DNA of 64,000 nt, taken from contig CAZRRI010000004.1 in the NCBI GenBank assembly GCA_964602565.1, positions 4,668 through 68,667 on the forward strand. The letters run 5' to 3'. The position numbers and the translations under genes were made by a program. This DNA comes from an uncultured Rhodocyclaceae bacterium. Lineage in GTDB: Bacteria; Pseudomonadota; Gammaproteobacteria; Burkholderiales; Rhodocyclaceae. Below, piece by piece: positions 16,881 through 27,205 of the stretch (positions within the stretch are counted from its first letter, which is position 1; each line of letters starts with the position of its first letter). Below the pieces are notes generated by a model. That model ran no database searches. It saw nothing but the letters and a program-made list of their open reading frames with translations, and was not told where the DNA came from.

Positions 16881-17354
16881 TCACGACACGACGTAGGAGC
16901 CGGCCCCGGTGGCGATCATCTCGCCGGCTTCGTTTTCCAGCGTCATTTGCAGCGAGGCAATGCGGCCGCCCAGGCGGATCACCCGACCGGTGGCGACGAA
17001 CTCCTTGCCTTTTCCCGGACGCAGGTAATCGACGCGCAGGTCGATGGTGCCGACGCGAGCGAAACGATGGCCGATTTCCTCGGCACTGTCGCCGGGATGC
17101 TTCTCGGCCAGGGCGACGGCGACGGCCAGGCCGCCGACGGTGTCCAGTGCCGCGGAAACGACGCCGCCGTGCAGCCGGTAATGAACGAAGTTGCCGACGA
17201 GATCGTCACGCATGGCGAACGCGAGTTGCGGTCCACCGGGGGCCAGTGACGCCACTTTCAGGCCGAGAATGTCGTTGAACTGAATCTGTCTCTCGAACAG
17301 ATCGCGCAGCATGGCCTCGCATCTGGCCTGCTCCTCGGCGGACCGCACCCTCAT
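16881..17354 (-). CDS. Hotdog-fold thioesterase (PaaI/YigI-like)
   Basis: 157 aa. Motif LHGGVVSAALDTVGG. ATGA overlap with the upstream gene. Confidence 0.7.
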   Translation of the reverse strand: MRVRSAEEQARCEAMLRDLFERQIQFNDILGLKVASLAPGGPQLAFAMRDDLVGNFVHYRLHGGVVSAALDTVGGLAVAVALAEKHPGDSAEEIGHRFARVGTIDLRVDYLRPGKGKEFVATGRVIRLGGRIASLQMTLENEAGEMIATGAGSYVVS

Positions 17355-19768
17355 GTCTTGAACATGGCCTCGAAAATCGGGGCGGGCACCGGTTGGCCGA
17401 ACAGATAGCCCTGGTACTCGGGGCAGTGATTCGATCGCAGGAACTGATGCTGTCCTTCCTTCTCCACCCCTTCGGCGATGACGTCGAGACCCAGGCTGCG
17501 CGCCATGCCGATGATGGTCTGGACGATGGCCGCGTCACCGGAATTCGATTCGATTTCGCTGATGAACGAGCGGTCGATCTTCAACTGATCGAGCGGCAGG
17601 CGGCGCAGGTAGAGCAGCGACGAATAGCCCGTACCGAAGTCATCCATCGAAAAGGCGATGCCCAGGCTCTTCAGGATCTTCATCTTTTCGACGGCATCCG
17701 CCATATCGTTGATCACCACGCTTTCCGTCAATTCGAGCTTGAGTCGCCTCGGGTTGATGCCCGTTTCATCGAGGACCCGTCGCACCAGATCGACGAAGTC
17801 GGGCTGGTGAAACTGCTTGGCGCTGACATTGACCGCCAGCACGAGATGGCGCATCGCCGGTCGCTTGTCCCACTCACGCAACCTCCGGCACGCCGTTTCG
17901 AGCACCCAGGTGCCGATGGGCACGATGAGGCCGGTTTCCTCGGCTAGTGGAATGAAGTCGCCGGGCGGCACAATACCGCGTACCGGATGTTCCCAGCGCA
18001 GCAGCGCCTCGGCGCCGACGACGCGGCGATGGTCATCGAACTGCGGCTGATAATGGAGGACCAGTTCCTCGCGCTCGACCACACGACGCAGATCGTTCTG
18101 CATCGAGGCCCGTTCGACCAGCGCCTCCTGCATCTGCGGGTCGAAGAAGCACAAGGCGTTCCGGCCGTTGGTCTTGGCCTGGTACATGGCGACATCGGCG
18201 CGCCGCAGCAGCTCATCGGCGCCATGATGATCGGCGTTGAACAGGCCGATGCCGATGCTGAAGGTGCTGTGATGCTCGCGACCCTTGAGCCGGTAGGGCT
18301 GGGCGCCCAGTTCGAGGATCTTCTTCGCCACCAACTCCGCCTGGGACGCGGCCTCGGCCTCGTCCTGGCTCAAGTCCTCGAGCATGACCACGAACTCGTC
18401 CCCGCCCAGGCGCGCCACGGTGTCGCCTTCCCGAACGCATGACTTCAGTCGCCCGGCCACCTCGACGAGCATCTGGTCGCCAGCCTCGTGACCCAGGGTA
18501 TCGTTGAGATTCTTGAAGTAATCGAGATCCAGGAACAGCAGGGCGCCATGCTTGCGGTAGCGCGTGGTGGCCGCCAGGGCCAGACCGAGGCGATCGATCA
18601 GCAGACGGCGGTTCGGCAGTTGGGTCAGCGGATCGAAGAACGCGAGATTGCGGATCTGTTCCTCCGCCTCCTTGCGTTGCGAAATGTCGCTGAAGGCGAC
18701 GACGTAATGGCTGATATGACCCTCGGGGGCAACCACCGCCGATATCGTCTGCCATACCGGATAAACACGGCCTTTCTTGTGGCGATACCACAGTTCGCCC
18801 TGCCAGAACTTGTCATTGCCGACAGCGAGCCAGATCTGCCGGTAAGCCTCGTCGTCGTGGTGGCCCGAAAGCAGCACCCGGGGCGCCTGGCCAAGCACTT
18901 CGTCGGACTGGTAGCCGGTGGTGCCGACGAACGCGCGATTCACCCTCAGCATGACCTGATCGGCGTCGGTCACCAGCATCGGCTCCTCCGACTCGAACGC
19001 CGTCGCGGCGATGCGCAACTCCTCGCTGCTGCGCTGGATCTCGGTCATCATCCGGTCGAGTTTGTCGGCCATGCCGTTGAACGCGGTGATGGTCTCGCGC
19101 ATTTCCGGGCCGCCGCTCGGCGGAATGCGCGTGGACAGGTCGCCATCGCCGAAGCGTTGCGCGCCGTCCATCAAGGCGCCAAGCGGCCGCAAGCCGGACC
19201 GCAGGATCAGCATGATGCCGAGAAACTCCAGCCCGACCACCAGCGCCAAAAGATTCAGGTTGCTGAGAAACGCGCTCCACAAGCGGTCGATTCCCGCGAT
19301 GGTGGACATCATGACCGTCAACACGCCTCGTTCCCGACCATCGACGACCACCGGGCGCGACGCCAGCGGCGCCGCCACGCCGGCCGCCGCCGCGAACCAT
19401 GCCGGCGCCTTGGCGGTCGGCGGTGCCGCGACCGCATCGATGACGAGTCCGTCGGCGCCTCGCCAGATCAGCCGCCGGATGTTGATCTGGCCAGCCCTCG
19501 CCTTGAGCGCGCCAGCCAGGCCATCATGGTTGCCCGCCCGGCTGAATGCGGCGATGGCGGCCTCCTGCGCGGAGAGTTCCGCCTGAAGCTGCCGTTCGAG
19601 CTCCCCATTCACCGACAGCGCGTCGCGGACGGTCGCGGTGACGACCAGGATCGCCGTTGCGGCGAGCATCACCAAGGCGGCGCCCAACATGAGCCGGGCG
19701 CCGAAGCTCAGGCGCGACCAAAGAGACATCCGGGGGGACATCGGGGACATCGGCGGGATATCGCTCAA
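17351..19768 (-). CDS. Membrane sensor HAMP-PAS-GGDEF-EAL protein (c-di-GMP turnover)
   Basis: 805 aa with two TM segments. PAS region present. RLGGDEFVVML (GGDEF) and an EAL domain (LKLELTES...DDFGTGYSSL). Confidence 0.85.
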   Translation of the reverse strand: MSDIPPMSPMSPRMSLWSRLSFGARLMLGAALVMLAATAILVVTATVRDALSVNGELERQLQAELSAQEAAIAAFSRAGNHDGLAGALKARAGQINIRRLIWRGADGLVIDAVAAPPTAKAPAWFAAAAGVAAPLASRPVVVDGRERGVLTVMMSTIAGIDRLWSAFLSNLNLLALVVGLEFLGIMLILRSGLRPLGALMDGAQRFGDGDLSTRIPPSGGPEMRETITAFNGMADKLDRMMTEIQRSSEELRIAATAFESEEPMLVTDADQVMLRVNRAFVGTTGYQSDEVLGQAPRVLLSGHHDDEAYRQIWLAVGNDKFWQGELWYRHKKGRVYPVWQTISAVVAPEGHISHYVVAFSDISQRKEAEEQIRNLAFFDPLTQLPNRRLLIDRLGLALAATTRYRKHGALLFLDLDYFKNLNDTLGHEAGDQMLVEVAGRLKSCVREGDTVARLGGDEFVVMLEDLSQDEAEAASQAELVAKKILELGAQPYRLKGREHHSTFSIGIGLFNADHHGADELLRRADVAMYQAKTNGRNALCFFDPQMQEALVERASMQNDLRRVVEREELVLHYQPQFDDHRRVVGAEALLRWEHPVRGIVPPGDFIPLAEETGLIVPIGTWVLETACRRLREWDKRPAMRHLVLAVNVSAKQFHQPDFVDLVRRVLDETGINPRRLKLELTESVVINDMADAVEKMKILKSLGIAFSMDDFGTGYSSLLYLRRLPLDQLKIDRSFISEIESNSGDAAIVQTIIGMARSLGLDVIAEGVEKEGQHQFLRSNHCPEYQGYLFGQPVPAPIFEAMFKT

Positions 19769-19937
19769 ATCTCCTCCTCATGACAGGCCAATGCCGGAAC
19801 AGCGGCAAGGGCCATGGTTACGAAGAATGCTACGCCGCCCCGGCAAGAAGAATATCGACGTTAAGTGGGCTGAAACGATGGTTATTCGGGCGATAAGCAT
19901 GCAGACAGCATGACGGCGCCGCTCGCCCGCGCCGGGA

Positions 19938-20417
19938 TCAGTTGCGTGGCTTGAGGTGCAAATGCGCCACGGCCTTGCCGCGCGGTGTGTAGCCGTGGCC
20001 ATGGCGGCTCTGGTCGACGTCGACCGAGACGATGTTCAGGCTGCCATGGCGCACGCCGCGCTCGGCGACCAGGGCATCGGCGAAGCCGCGCACGGCCGCG
20101 ACCGGACCTTTCAGGATCACGCTTTCCAGGCAATTGTCATGGTCGAGATGGGCATGCAGGGTCGCCACGGTCAGGTCGTGGTGGCCGTGCTGGAGTTCGG
20201 TCAGGCGCTCGGCGAGGTCGCGCTCGTGGTGGTTGTAGACGTAGGAAAGGTTGGCGACGCAGTAGTCGCCGGTCGCCGCCGACTGGCGGGCGGCTTCGAT
20301 CTGGCCGCGCAACAGGTCGCGGATCGCCTCCGAGCGGTTCCGGTAGCCGCACCTGGCGATCAGTTCGTCGAATTCGCGCGCCAGGTCTTCGGCCAGTGAA
20401 ATGGTGAAGCGTTCCAC
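19938..20417 (-). CDS. nikR: Nickel-responsive regulator NikR
   Basis: Ribbon-helix-helix N-terminus MERFTISLAEDLAREFDELI...RNRSEAIRDLLR. The C-terminal domain has the His/Cys nickel ligands (HHERD...HAHLDHDNC). Confidence 0.85.
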   Translation of the reverse strand: MERFTISLAEDLAREFDELIARCGYRNRSEAIRDLLRGQIEAARQSAATGDYCVANLSYVYNHHERDLAERLTELQHGHHDLTVATLHAHLDHDNCLESVILKGPVAAVRGFADALVAERGVRHGSLNIVSVDVDQSRHGHGYTPRGKAVAHLHLKPRN

Positions 20418-20420
20418 GGA

Positions 20421-20741
20421 TCAGTAGCCGAGCGTGTGGTCGATCAGGTTGATGGTCACCACGGGCGCATCGAGCGCCGCTGCCGTGGCGGCGAAGAAGT
20501 CGCGCACCCAGGGCGAGGCGCTTTCATAAACGGCGCGGGTCCGCGTCTTGGCCAGCGAGAGAATCTTGTCCGCGGCCAGCAGCTTGCCCATGGGATTGCT
20601 CGGCACGCAACCGGCCTCCTCGAACTCGCGGCCCAACCATTGATGGGCGGACGAGTGTGTAAAGCGGGCGATTTCGGCGTCGGCCACCAGGGTCTCGACT
20701 TCCTGGCCATCGCTGAACAGCACGGTGATCCGGCAGGGCAT
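20421..20741 (-). CDS. Hypothetical 106-aa protein between hypX and nikR
   Basis: The internal ATG at 20741 (MPCRITVLFSDGQEVE...) gives a compact ORF with plausible composition. The upstream part of ORF 20421..21092 is Pro/Arg-rich and overlaps hypX, so it is rejected. No family recognised. Confidence 0.4.
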   Translation of the reverse strand: MPCRITVLFSDGQEVETLVADAEIARFTHSSAHQWLGREFEEAGCVPSNPMGKLLAADKILSLAKTRTRAVYESASPWVRDFFAATAAALDAPVVTINLIDHTLGY

Positions 20742-20781
20742 GTTCTTCTCCGTCGTGATTGCCTGGACGGATGGTATCCGG

Positions 20782-22497
20782 TCAGGCGGGAATCTTCCAG
20801 CCGAGATCGCGGTGCCGCGCCAGATGGCGCGGCGTCCATGATGCCGGCGACTTGCGCACGAAGTGCCAGCGGGCGACGTGGTAGCTCGGATCGAAGCCGA
20901 AGAAGTTGCGCCGCATGTGCGCCAGTTCCTCGGCGCGCCAGGCGGCGAGCGGCTTGGCGGCCTCGTCGGCGGCGCGGCGGGCCTGCTTGGCGGCAAGGCG
21001 GGAAGCGAAATCGGCGGCGGACGCCAGTTCGGCGGACCGACGGGCGACATCGGCCAGGAAGGCGGCGCGGTCGCCGGCCAGGCAGGCGTCATAGAAGCCG
21101 GACTTCACGGACGCCCGCGCGGTCATCGGCAGGCGGTGCTGCATGATCGCGGCCGCGCCCTCGGCGCCGACGCGCGGCGGCAGCAGGTAGGTCCAGAACT
21201 CCGAGCCGAAGAGGTTGCCCATGTTCTTGTAGTGCGGATTGAGCATGACGCCGTCGCGCACCCAGACCTGATCGGCGGCGCGAGCCAGGAAGCAGCCGCC
21301 GGCGCCGGCGTTGCCGCGCAGCGCCGCCACCGTCAGCTTGTCGTCGCAGCGCAGGATGGCTTCGGCCAGGTCGTCGATAGCGTTGATGTTGGCCCAGGAT
21401 TCGTCGGCCGGGCTGGCGGCCTGCTCGATCAGATTCAGGTGGATGCCGTTCGACCAGAAGTCGTCGCCGCCCATCAGCACCAGCACGCGGGTGGGGCGGC
21501 TCTTCGCCCACTCGAAGGCGGCGCGCAGGCGCTGGCAATGCGCCGTGCCCATGGCGCCGTTGTAGAACTCGAAGTACAGGAAACCGGCCTCGCCGGCTTC
21601 CTCGTAGCGGATGTCCCGCCATGTGGCGTGATCGGCGCTCCACCAGCCTTCCAGCGGCAGTTCCGGCAGACTCGCCGCCTGCTCGGCGAAAGCGATCGTG
21701 GCCGGCAGCTTGATGCCGTCCTTGCGCTTGACGTGGCCGATCCAGACCGCGCCGTCGGCCGTGGCGCGCAGCAAGGCGGTCTCGCGGCGGCCGATGAGCG
21801 CGCCGGGTGGCGTGTCGCCATGGCTGACTTTTGCGCCATTGGCTTCGGGCCAGGCGTCGAACAGGTGGCAGGGCTCGCCGAACAGCTCGTCGGCGACGCC
21901 GGGAAAGCCGTCGGCGGCGTCGATCTTCCTCAGCACGATATCGCTGGTATCGCGCCGCCAGTCGATGGCGCGGTCGGCCTGGCGCATCAGTAGGCGCAAC
22001 CGGCCGCGCCCGCGGGCTTCGGCGAGCGGCGTCGGCTTGCCGCCGGCCGCGAATCTTTCCACCGCCTCGATCAGGGCCTGCGCCGCCGCCTCGGTCACTT
22101 CGTTGCGATAGAGGCTGGCCTTGCGGCCGCGATGCATCGGAAAGTTCGCCGTGGCCCAGACCGGCCCCGCGTCCATCCCGGCTTCGGCCTGCAACACCGT
22201 CACGCCCCACTCCGCCTCGCCCTCCTGGATCGCCCAGTCGAGCGCCGAGGGTCCGCGGTCGCCGACGATGCCCGGATGCACGACGAGACAGACATGCTTC
22301 GACCAAATGCTTTCGGGAATCGCCCGGCGCAGGTAGGGCGCGACGATCAGGTCCGGCCGGAACAGTTCGACCGCCTGTTCGGCGACGGCATCGTTGATGT
22401 CGAACTCGATGGATATTTCGTGGCCGCGCGCCGACAGCTCGGCATGGAGCCGTTGCGTCAGGCTGTTGAAGCCGTGGGTCAGGAACAGGATGCGCAT
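20782..22497 (-). CDS. hypX: Hydrogenase maturation factor HypX/HoxX (formyltransferase + crotonase-like domains)
   Basis: MRILFLTHGFNSLTQRLH...VVHPGIVGDRGPSALDWAI is a formyl-transferase-like N-terminus, with an enoyl-CoA hydratase-like C-terminus. The ATG at 22497 overlaps the hypE stop (ATGA). Confidence 0.85.
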   Translation of the reverse strand: MRILFLTHGFNSLTQRLHAELSARGHEISIEFDINDAVAEQAVELFRPDLIVAPYLRRAIPESIWSKHVCLVVHPGIVGDRGPSALDWAIQEGEAEWGVTVLQAEAGMDAGPVWATANFPMHRGRKASLYRNEVTEAAAQALIEAVERFAAGGKPTPLAEARGRGRLRLLMRQADRAIDWRRDTSDIVLRKIDAADGFPGVADELFGEPCHLFDAWPEANGAKVSHGDTPPGALIGRRETALLRATADGAVWIGHVKRKDGIKLPATIAFAEQAASLPELPLEGWWSADHATWRDIRYEEAGEAGFLYFEFYNGAMGTAHCQRLRAAFEWAKSRPTRVLVLMGGDDFWSNGIHLNLIEQAASPADESWANINAIDDLAEAILRCDDKLTVAALRGNAGAGGCFLARAADQVWVRDGVMLNPHYKNMGNLFGSEFWTYLLPPRVGAEGAAAIMQHRLPMTARASVKSGFYDACLAGDRAAFLADVARRSAELASAADFASRLAAKQARRAADEAAKPLAAWRAEELAHMRRNFFGFDPSYHVARWHFVRKSPASWTPRHLARHRDLGWKIPA

Positions 22498-23555
22498 CAA
22501 CAAATCCTTGGCAGCTGTTCCCCGGTCAGCCAGTCGACAATGCGCCGGCCGCCGAATCCCGTCGTCATCTGCACGAAGTGGTGGTCGTCGGCGAGCACGG
22601 CGCCGATCCGCGCGGTGCGCGCGCCTTGCGGATGGGCGCGCATCGCCGCCAGCAGCTTGTCCGCATCGGCCGCGGCGACGATGGCGATCAGCTTGCCCTC
22701 GTTGGCGACGTAGAGCGGGTCGAGGCCGAGGAATTCGCAGGCCGCCGCGACTTCCGGGTTCACTGGAATGGCCGCCTCGTCGAGCATCATGCCGACGCCG
22801 GACTGGCGGGCGATCTCGTTGAGCGTGGTGGCCAGGCCGCCGCGCGTCGGGTCGCGCAGGCAGCGGATGTCGGCGCCGGTGGCGAGCATCGTTTCGACCA
22901 AGCCGTGCAGCGCCGCCGTGTCCGAGACGATGGGCGCCGAAAAACCAAGACTTTCCCGCTGCGCCATGATCGCCATGCCGTGGTCGCCGATGGTGCCGGA
23001 GAGCAGGATGACGTCGCCCGGCCGCGCGCGGTCGCCCGAGAGCACGACACCCTCGGGCAGCACGCCGACGCCGGTGGTGGTGATGAACACGCCGTCGGCC
23101 TTGCCCGCCTCGACCACCTTGGTGTCGCCGGTCACCACCGCCACGCCCGCCGCCTTCGCGGCCTTCGCCATCGACTCGACGATCCTCGCCAGATCGGCGA
23201 GCGGAAAACCCTCTTCGAGGATGAAGCCCGCCGCCAGATAGAGCGGCTTCGCGCCCATCACCGCCACGTCGTTGACTGTGCCATGCACCGACAGGCAGCC
23301 GATGTCGCCGCCGGGAAAGAACAGCGGCGAGACGACGTGGCCGTCGCAGGACATCACCAGCCGGCCGCCCAAAGTCAGTGGTGGCAGGACGCCACCGTCG
23401 TTGCCCTGGCGCAGGAACTCGTTGTCGAGGTGCCTGGCGAACAGCTCCTCGATCAGCTGGGCCATCGCCCGGCCGCCGGAGCCGTGCGTCATGTCGACGC
23501 GGCCATGCTTGAGATCGAGGGGACGGACGTAGTTTTCTCTGATTGGTTTAGACAT
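22497..23555 (-). CDS. hypE: Hydrogenase maturation protein HypE
   Basis: Start at ATG 23555 (MSKPIRENY...HGSGGRAM). PurM-like fold. C-terminal PRIC motif. Confidence 0.9.
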   Translation of the reverse strand: MSKPIRENYVRPLDLKHGRVDMTHGSGGRAMAQLIEELFARHLDNEFLRQGNDGGVLPPLTLGGRLVMSCDGHVVSPLFFPGGDIGCLSVHGTVNDVAVMGAKPLYLAAGFILEEGFPLADLARIVESMAKAAKAAGVAVVTGDTKVVEAGKADGVFITTTGVGVLPEGVVLSGDRARPGDVILLSGTIGDHGMAIMAQRESLGFSAPIVSDTAALHGLVETMLATGADIRCLRDPTRGGLATTLNEIARQSGVGMMLDEAAIPVNPEVAAACEFLGLDPLYVANEGKLIAIVAAADADKLLAAMRAHPQGARTARIGAVLADDHHFVQMTTGFGGRRIVDWLTGEQLPRIC

Positions 23556-24684
23556 TCTTATAGCGGCCGTAGGTGTAGTGGGCCGCGCAGGCGCCCTCGG
23601 AAGACACCATGCACGAGCCGATCGGATTCTCGGGCGTGCACACGGTGCCGAACAGTTTGCAGTCCTGCGGGCGCTTGACACCGCGCAGGATCGCGCCGCA
23701 TTCGCAGGCCTTGTTGTCGGCGACGCTGCGGTAGCCGAGCGGAAAGCGCGTCTCGGCGTCGAAGCGCGCGTATCCGGCGCGGATCTTCAGCGCCGAATAC
23801 GGCACCAGGCCAAGGCCGCGCCACTCGAACTCGCGGCGCAGCTCGAAGATTTCCGACACCAGGTTCTGTGCCTTCAGGTTGCCGTCGCGCGTCACCGCGC
23901 GCGTGAATTCGTTCTCGACCTCGGCGCGGCCTTCGTTCACCTGCCGCACCAGCATCAGGATCGCCTGCATGACGTCGAGCGGCTCGAAGCCGGCGATCAC
24001 CACCGGCTTCCTGAACTCCTCGGCGAAGAACTCGTAGGGCCGGCTGCCGATCACCGTGGATACGTGGGCCGGGCCGATGAAGCCGTCGAGCGGCACGGTG
24101 CCCAGATCGCGCACCTCGGGCGATTCGAGGATGTTGCTGATCGCCGAAGGCGTCAGCACGTGGCAGCAGAGCACCGAGAAATTGTCGAGCCCGAGCGCCG
24201 CCGCCTGCTTGATAACCACCGCCGTCGGCGGCGTGGTCGTCTCGAAGCCGATGGCGAAGAACACCACCTGCCGGCCCGGATTGTCCTGCGCGATCTTCAG
24301 CGCGTCGGCGCTCGAATAGACCATGCGCACGTCGCCCCGCATGTTGCCAACCCCGGCCTTCGCCTTCATCAGCGACAGGCCGCCGGAGGCGGGCACGCGC
24401 AGGCAGTCGCCGTAGGTGCACAGGATCACACCGTGCCTGAGCGCCAGCTCGATGGCCATGTCGACGCGGCCGATCGGCAGCACGCAGACAGGGCAGCCGG
24501 GCCCATGCACCATGCGCACCTTGGCCGGCAGCAGGTCGGTGACGCCGTAGCGCGAGATCGCATGCGTGTGGCCGCCGCAGAACTCCATGAAGCTGTAGCT
24601 GCGCGCCGGATTCGCCTCGGCGGCGATGGCCGCCGCCAGCCCTTTCGCCAGCTTGCCATCGCGGAACTCGTCAATGAATTTCAC
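23548..24684 (-). CDS. hypD: Hydrogenase maturation protein HypD
   Basis: [18 protein letters not shown] and GPGCPVCV motifs. GTG start overlaps the hypC stop. Confidence 0.9.
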   Translation of the reverse strand: MKFIDEFRDGKLAKGLAAAIAAEANPARSYSFMEFCGGHTHAISRYGVTDLLPAKVRMVHGPGCPVCVLPIGRVDMAIELALRHGVILCTYGDCLRVPASGGLSLMKAKAGVGNMRGDVRMVYSSADALKIAQDNPGRQVVFFAIGFETTTPPTAVVIKQAAALGLDNFSVLCCHVLTPSAISNILESPEVRDLGTVPLDGFIGPAHVSTVIGSRPYEFFAEEFRKPVVIAGFEPLDVMQAILMLVRQVNEGRAEVENEFTRAVTRDGNLKAQNLVSEIFELRREFEWRGLGLVPYSALKIRAGYARFDAETRFPLGYRSVADNKACECGAILRGVKRPQDCKLFGTVCTPENPIGSCMVSSEGACAAHYTYGRYKNV

Positions 24685-24923
24685 GGTCCGCCCACTTGCT
24701 CGCCCGCCTGCTCACCCATTTCCGCGAACAGGGCGAGCGTGCGCTGCGCCTCGTCGGGATCGAGCTTGTTCAGCGCGTAGCCGACATGGATGATCACGTA
24801 GTCGCCGACCTGGACGCCGTCGAGCAGCGCCAGCGAAACGTCCTTCCTTACGCCGCCGAGATCGACGATCGCCTGGTCGCCTTCAAGGATTTCCGCGACC
24901 CGCGCGGGTATTGCCAGACACAT
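24681..24923 (-). CDS. hypC: Hydrogenase maturation chaperone HypC
   Basis: The internal ATG at 24923 gives the [10 protein letters not shown]-terminus (essential Cys2). 80 aa. Confidence 0.85.
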   Translation of the reverse strand: MCLAIPARVAEILEGDQAIVDLGGVRKDVSLALLDGVQVGDYVIIHVGYALNKLDPDEAQRTLALFAEMGEQAGEQVGGP

Positions 24924-24924
24924 G

Positions 24925-26034
24925 TCAGTTCTCCAGGGAGATTCGGGCGACCCAGGCCTGGCCGAGCGCGATGCCGGCATCGCCGGGCGACACCTTCGCC
25001 GCCGCGTGCATGCTCAGGCCGGCCGCTTCGAGCCGGCCGCGCAAGCCGGATGAAAGCAGGCGGTTCAGGAAACAACCGCCGCCGCAGGCGACGATGCCGA
25101 TGCCGCTGTGTTCGGCGGCCCTCGTCGCCCAGTCGGCCAGCGCGGCGACCAGCGTGGCGTGGAAGATCGCGGCGCCGAGGCCGGCGTCAGCGACATCGAT
25201 CAGTTTCCCCAGCACCGGCAGCAGGTCGAGTTGCCCGTCCGCGTCGATGCGCCATTCGCCCGGCGCCGGCCAGCCGTGCGCGTCGATGTGTTGCGTGGCC
25301 GCCTTCTCGAGCGCGATCGCCGCCTCGGCCTCGAAAGTCAGGCGTCGCGAGACGCCGAGCAGGCCGGCCGCCGCGTCGAAAAGACGCCCGGCGCTCGATG
25401 TTCTGGGGCAGTTGAGTTCCCTGTCCATCATGGTCACCAGCGTCGCCGCGCCCGCCTCGTCGGCAAAGCGGCGGGTGATCTCCGCGCTGCGATCCAGGGC
25501 ATGCAGCACGCTGGCCGCAACGCGCCACGGCTCGCGCGCCGCGCGGTCGCCGCCGGGCAGCGCGATGCGCCGGAAATGCCCGAGCCGCTCGAAGCGTGCG
25601 CCATCGACGCGCAGCAGCTCGCCGCCCCAGGCTGTCCTGTCGGTGCCCAGGCCGACGCCGTCGAGCGCCAGGCCGATCACCGGACCGTCGATGCCATGCT
25701 CCGCGCATAGGGAAGCGATATGGGCATGGTGGTGCTGGACCTCGATCAGCGGCACGCCGAACTCGCCCGCGAGTCGTGCCGCCGCCCGGCTTGAATAGAA
25801 GTCGGGATGGAGGTCGCGGGCGATTGCGGCCGGCCGTTCGCCCAGCCAGCCGAGCATCTCGTCGCACGCCCGGTCGAAGCCTGTGCACGCCTCCGGCGTC
25901 TCGAGGTCGCCCACCGTCGCCGACACGCGCGCCTCGCCATCCCGAAACGCGCAAACGGTGCTCTTGAACCAGGCGCCGGTGGCAAGCACCGGCCGTCCCG
26001 CCGCCGGCAGGTTCAGTGCCGCTGTTCCAGCCAT
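24925..26034 (-). CDS. hypF: N-terminally truncated HypF (YrdC/Kae1-like carbamoyltransferase part only)
   Basis: The first in-frame ATG compatible with the hypB end is at 26034, giving 369 aa. Contains DLHPDFYSS...[10 protein letters not shown] (HypF C-terminal domain). No acylphosphatase or Zn-finger CxxC repeats are present. ORF sequence upstream of 26034 is Arg/Pro-rich and overlaps hypB. Confidence 0.75.
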   Translation of the reverse strand: MAGTAALNLPAAGRPVLATGAWFKSTVCAFRDGEARVSATVGDLETPEACTGFDRACDEMLGWLGERPAAIARDLHPDFYSSRAAARLAGEFGVPLIEVQHHHAHIASLCAEHGIDGPVIGLALDGVGLGTDRTAWGGELLRVDGARFERLGHFRRIALPGGDRAAREPWRVAASVLHALDRSAEITRRFADEAGAATLVTMMDRELNCPRTSSAGRLFDAAAGLLGVSRRLTFEAEAAIALEKAATQHIDAHGWPAPGEWRIDADGQLDLLPVLGKLIDVADAGLGAAIFHATLVAALADWATRAAEHSGIGIVACGGGCFLNRLLSSGLRGRLEAAGLSMHAAAKVSPGDAGIALGQAWVARISLEN

Positions 26035-26819
26035 GCCAGCCAGTCGCCCATGCCCTCGCCGGTGGTCGCGGAAACGCGCATCACCCGGATCGCCGGATTG
26101 ACGCGCCGCGCCGACTCGATGGCCTGGTCGACATCGAAGTCCAGGTGCGGCAGCAGGTCGCACTTGTTGAGCAGCATCAGGTCGGCGGCGCGGAACATGT
26201 CCGGGTACTTGAGCGGCTTGTCCTCGCCCTCCGTCACCGACAGGATCACCACCTTGTGCGCCTCGCCGAGATCGAAGGCCGCCGGGCAGACCAGGTTGCC
26301 GACGTTCTCGATCATCAGCAGCGAGCGCTCGGGCAGATCGAGCTGCCGCATGGCGTGGCCGACCATGTGCGCGTCGAGGTGGCAGCCCTTGCCGGTATTG
26401 ATCTGAATCGCCGGCGCGCCCGTCGCCCGGATGCGCTCGGCGTCGTTGCTGGTCTGCTGGTCGCCCTCGATCACCGCCACGGCAGACTTGCCCTTGAGCA
26501 TCCCGATGGTCTTGCACAAGAGCGTGGTCTTGCCCGAGCCGGGGCTGGAGACGAGATTGAGCGCAAAGACGCGGCGGCCGGCCAGGAAGGCGCGGTTCTC
26601 GCGGGCGTAGGCATCGTTCTTGGAGAGGATGTCCTGCTCGATCTTGAGCATGCGCGACTGGGTCATGCCCGGCGCGTGGCTGTGACCATGGCGCCGGGCG
26701 GGCGCATAGGGGTTGTGGTCGTGGCCATGATGATGATCGTGACCATGTTCGTGGTCATGGTCGTGAGCATGGCCTTCGATCTTCGTTTCGCCGTGGCCGC
26801 AGCCGCAAGTGGTGCACAT
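26013..26819 (-). CDS. hypB: Hydrogenase nickel-incorporation GTPase HypB (His-rich N-terminus)
   Basis: The ATG at 26819 gives [10 protein letters not shown] followed by a His-rich stretch [28 protein letters not shown]-loop. Confidence 0.9.
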   Translation of the reverse strand: MCTTCGCGHGETKIEGHAHDHDHEHGHDHHHGHDHNPYAPARRHGHSHAPGMTQSRMLKIEQDILSKNDAYARENRAFLAGRRVFALNLVSSPGSGKTTLLCKTIGMLKGKSAVAVIEGDQQTSNDAERIRATGAPAIQINTGKGCHLDAHMVGHAMRQLDLPERSLLMIENVGNLVCPAAFDLGEAHKVVILSVTEGEDKPLKYPDMFRAADLMLLNKCDLLPHLDFDVDQAIESARRVNPAIRVMRVSATTGEGMGDWLAWLEQRH

Positions 26820-26830
26820 CGCAATGTTCC

Positions 26831-27172
26831 CTATTCGATTTCCAGTTCCTTGACGCGCATCTCGGTGCCGCCGGTCACCTGCACGCGGTAGCCTCCGCAG
26901 CGCGGACAGCCGGAAAGCTTGTCCGTCATCGGCACCGCCTCGCTGCAATCGAGGCACCAACCCGTGCCCGGCACGTCGATGATCTCCAGCCTCGCGCCGT
27001 CGGCAACGCTGCCCTTGACCACGGCGTCGAAGCAGAAACGCAAGGATTCGACCTCGACGCTCGCCAGTTGCCCGATCTCCAGGCAGACCGCGCTGACGCG
27101 GTTCACCTGCTCGCGCCGGGCAGTCTCTTCGATCAATTGGAGGATGCCCTCGGCGAGGGACATTTCATGCAT
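26831..27172 (-). CDS. hypA: Hydrogenase nickel insertion protein HypA/HybF
   Basis: [12 protein letters not shown]-terminus and a Zn site (CLDC...CPRCG). 113 aa. Confidence 0.9.
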   Translation of the reverse strand: MHEMSLAEGILQLIEETARREQVNRVSAVCLEIGQLASVEVESLRFCFDAVVKGSVADGARLEIIDVPGTGWCLDCSEAVPMTDKLSGCPRCGGYRVQVTGGTEMRVKELEIE

Positions 27173-27205
27173 GGCCGCGGCGACACCGAACGAGATGGCG
27201 GAATC

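Noticed and set aside
22139-22163. Additional weak matches to the dispersed 25-nt motif (22139-22163 at 15/25, 4166-4190 at 15/25, 35291-35315 at 14/25) and indel-containing look-alikes near 5054, 13861 and 51888
   Set aside because: They fall below a level I can distinguish from chance by eye, so they are not counted among the motif copies.
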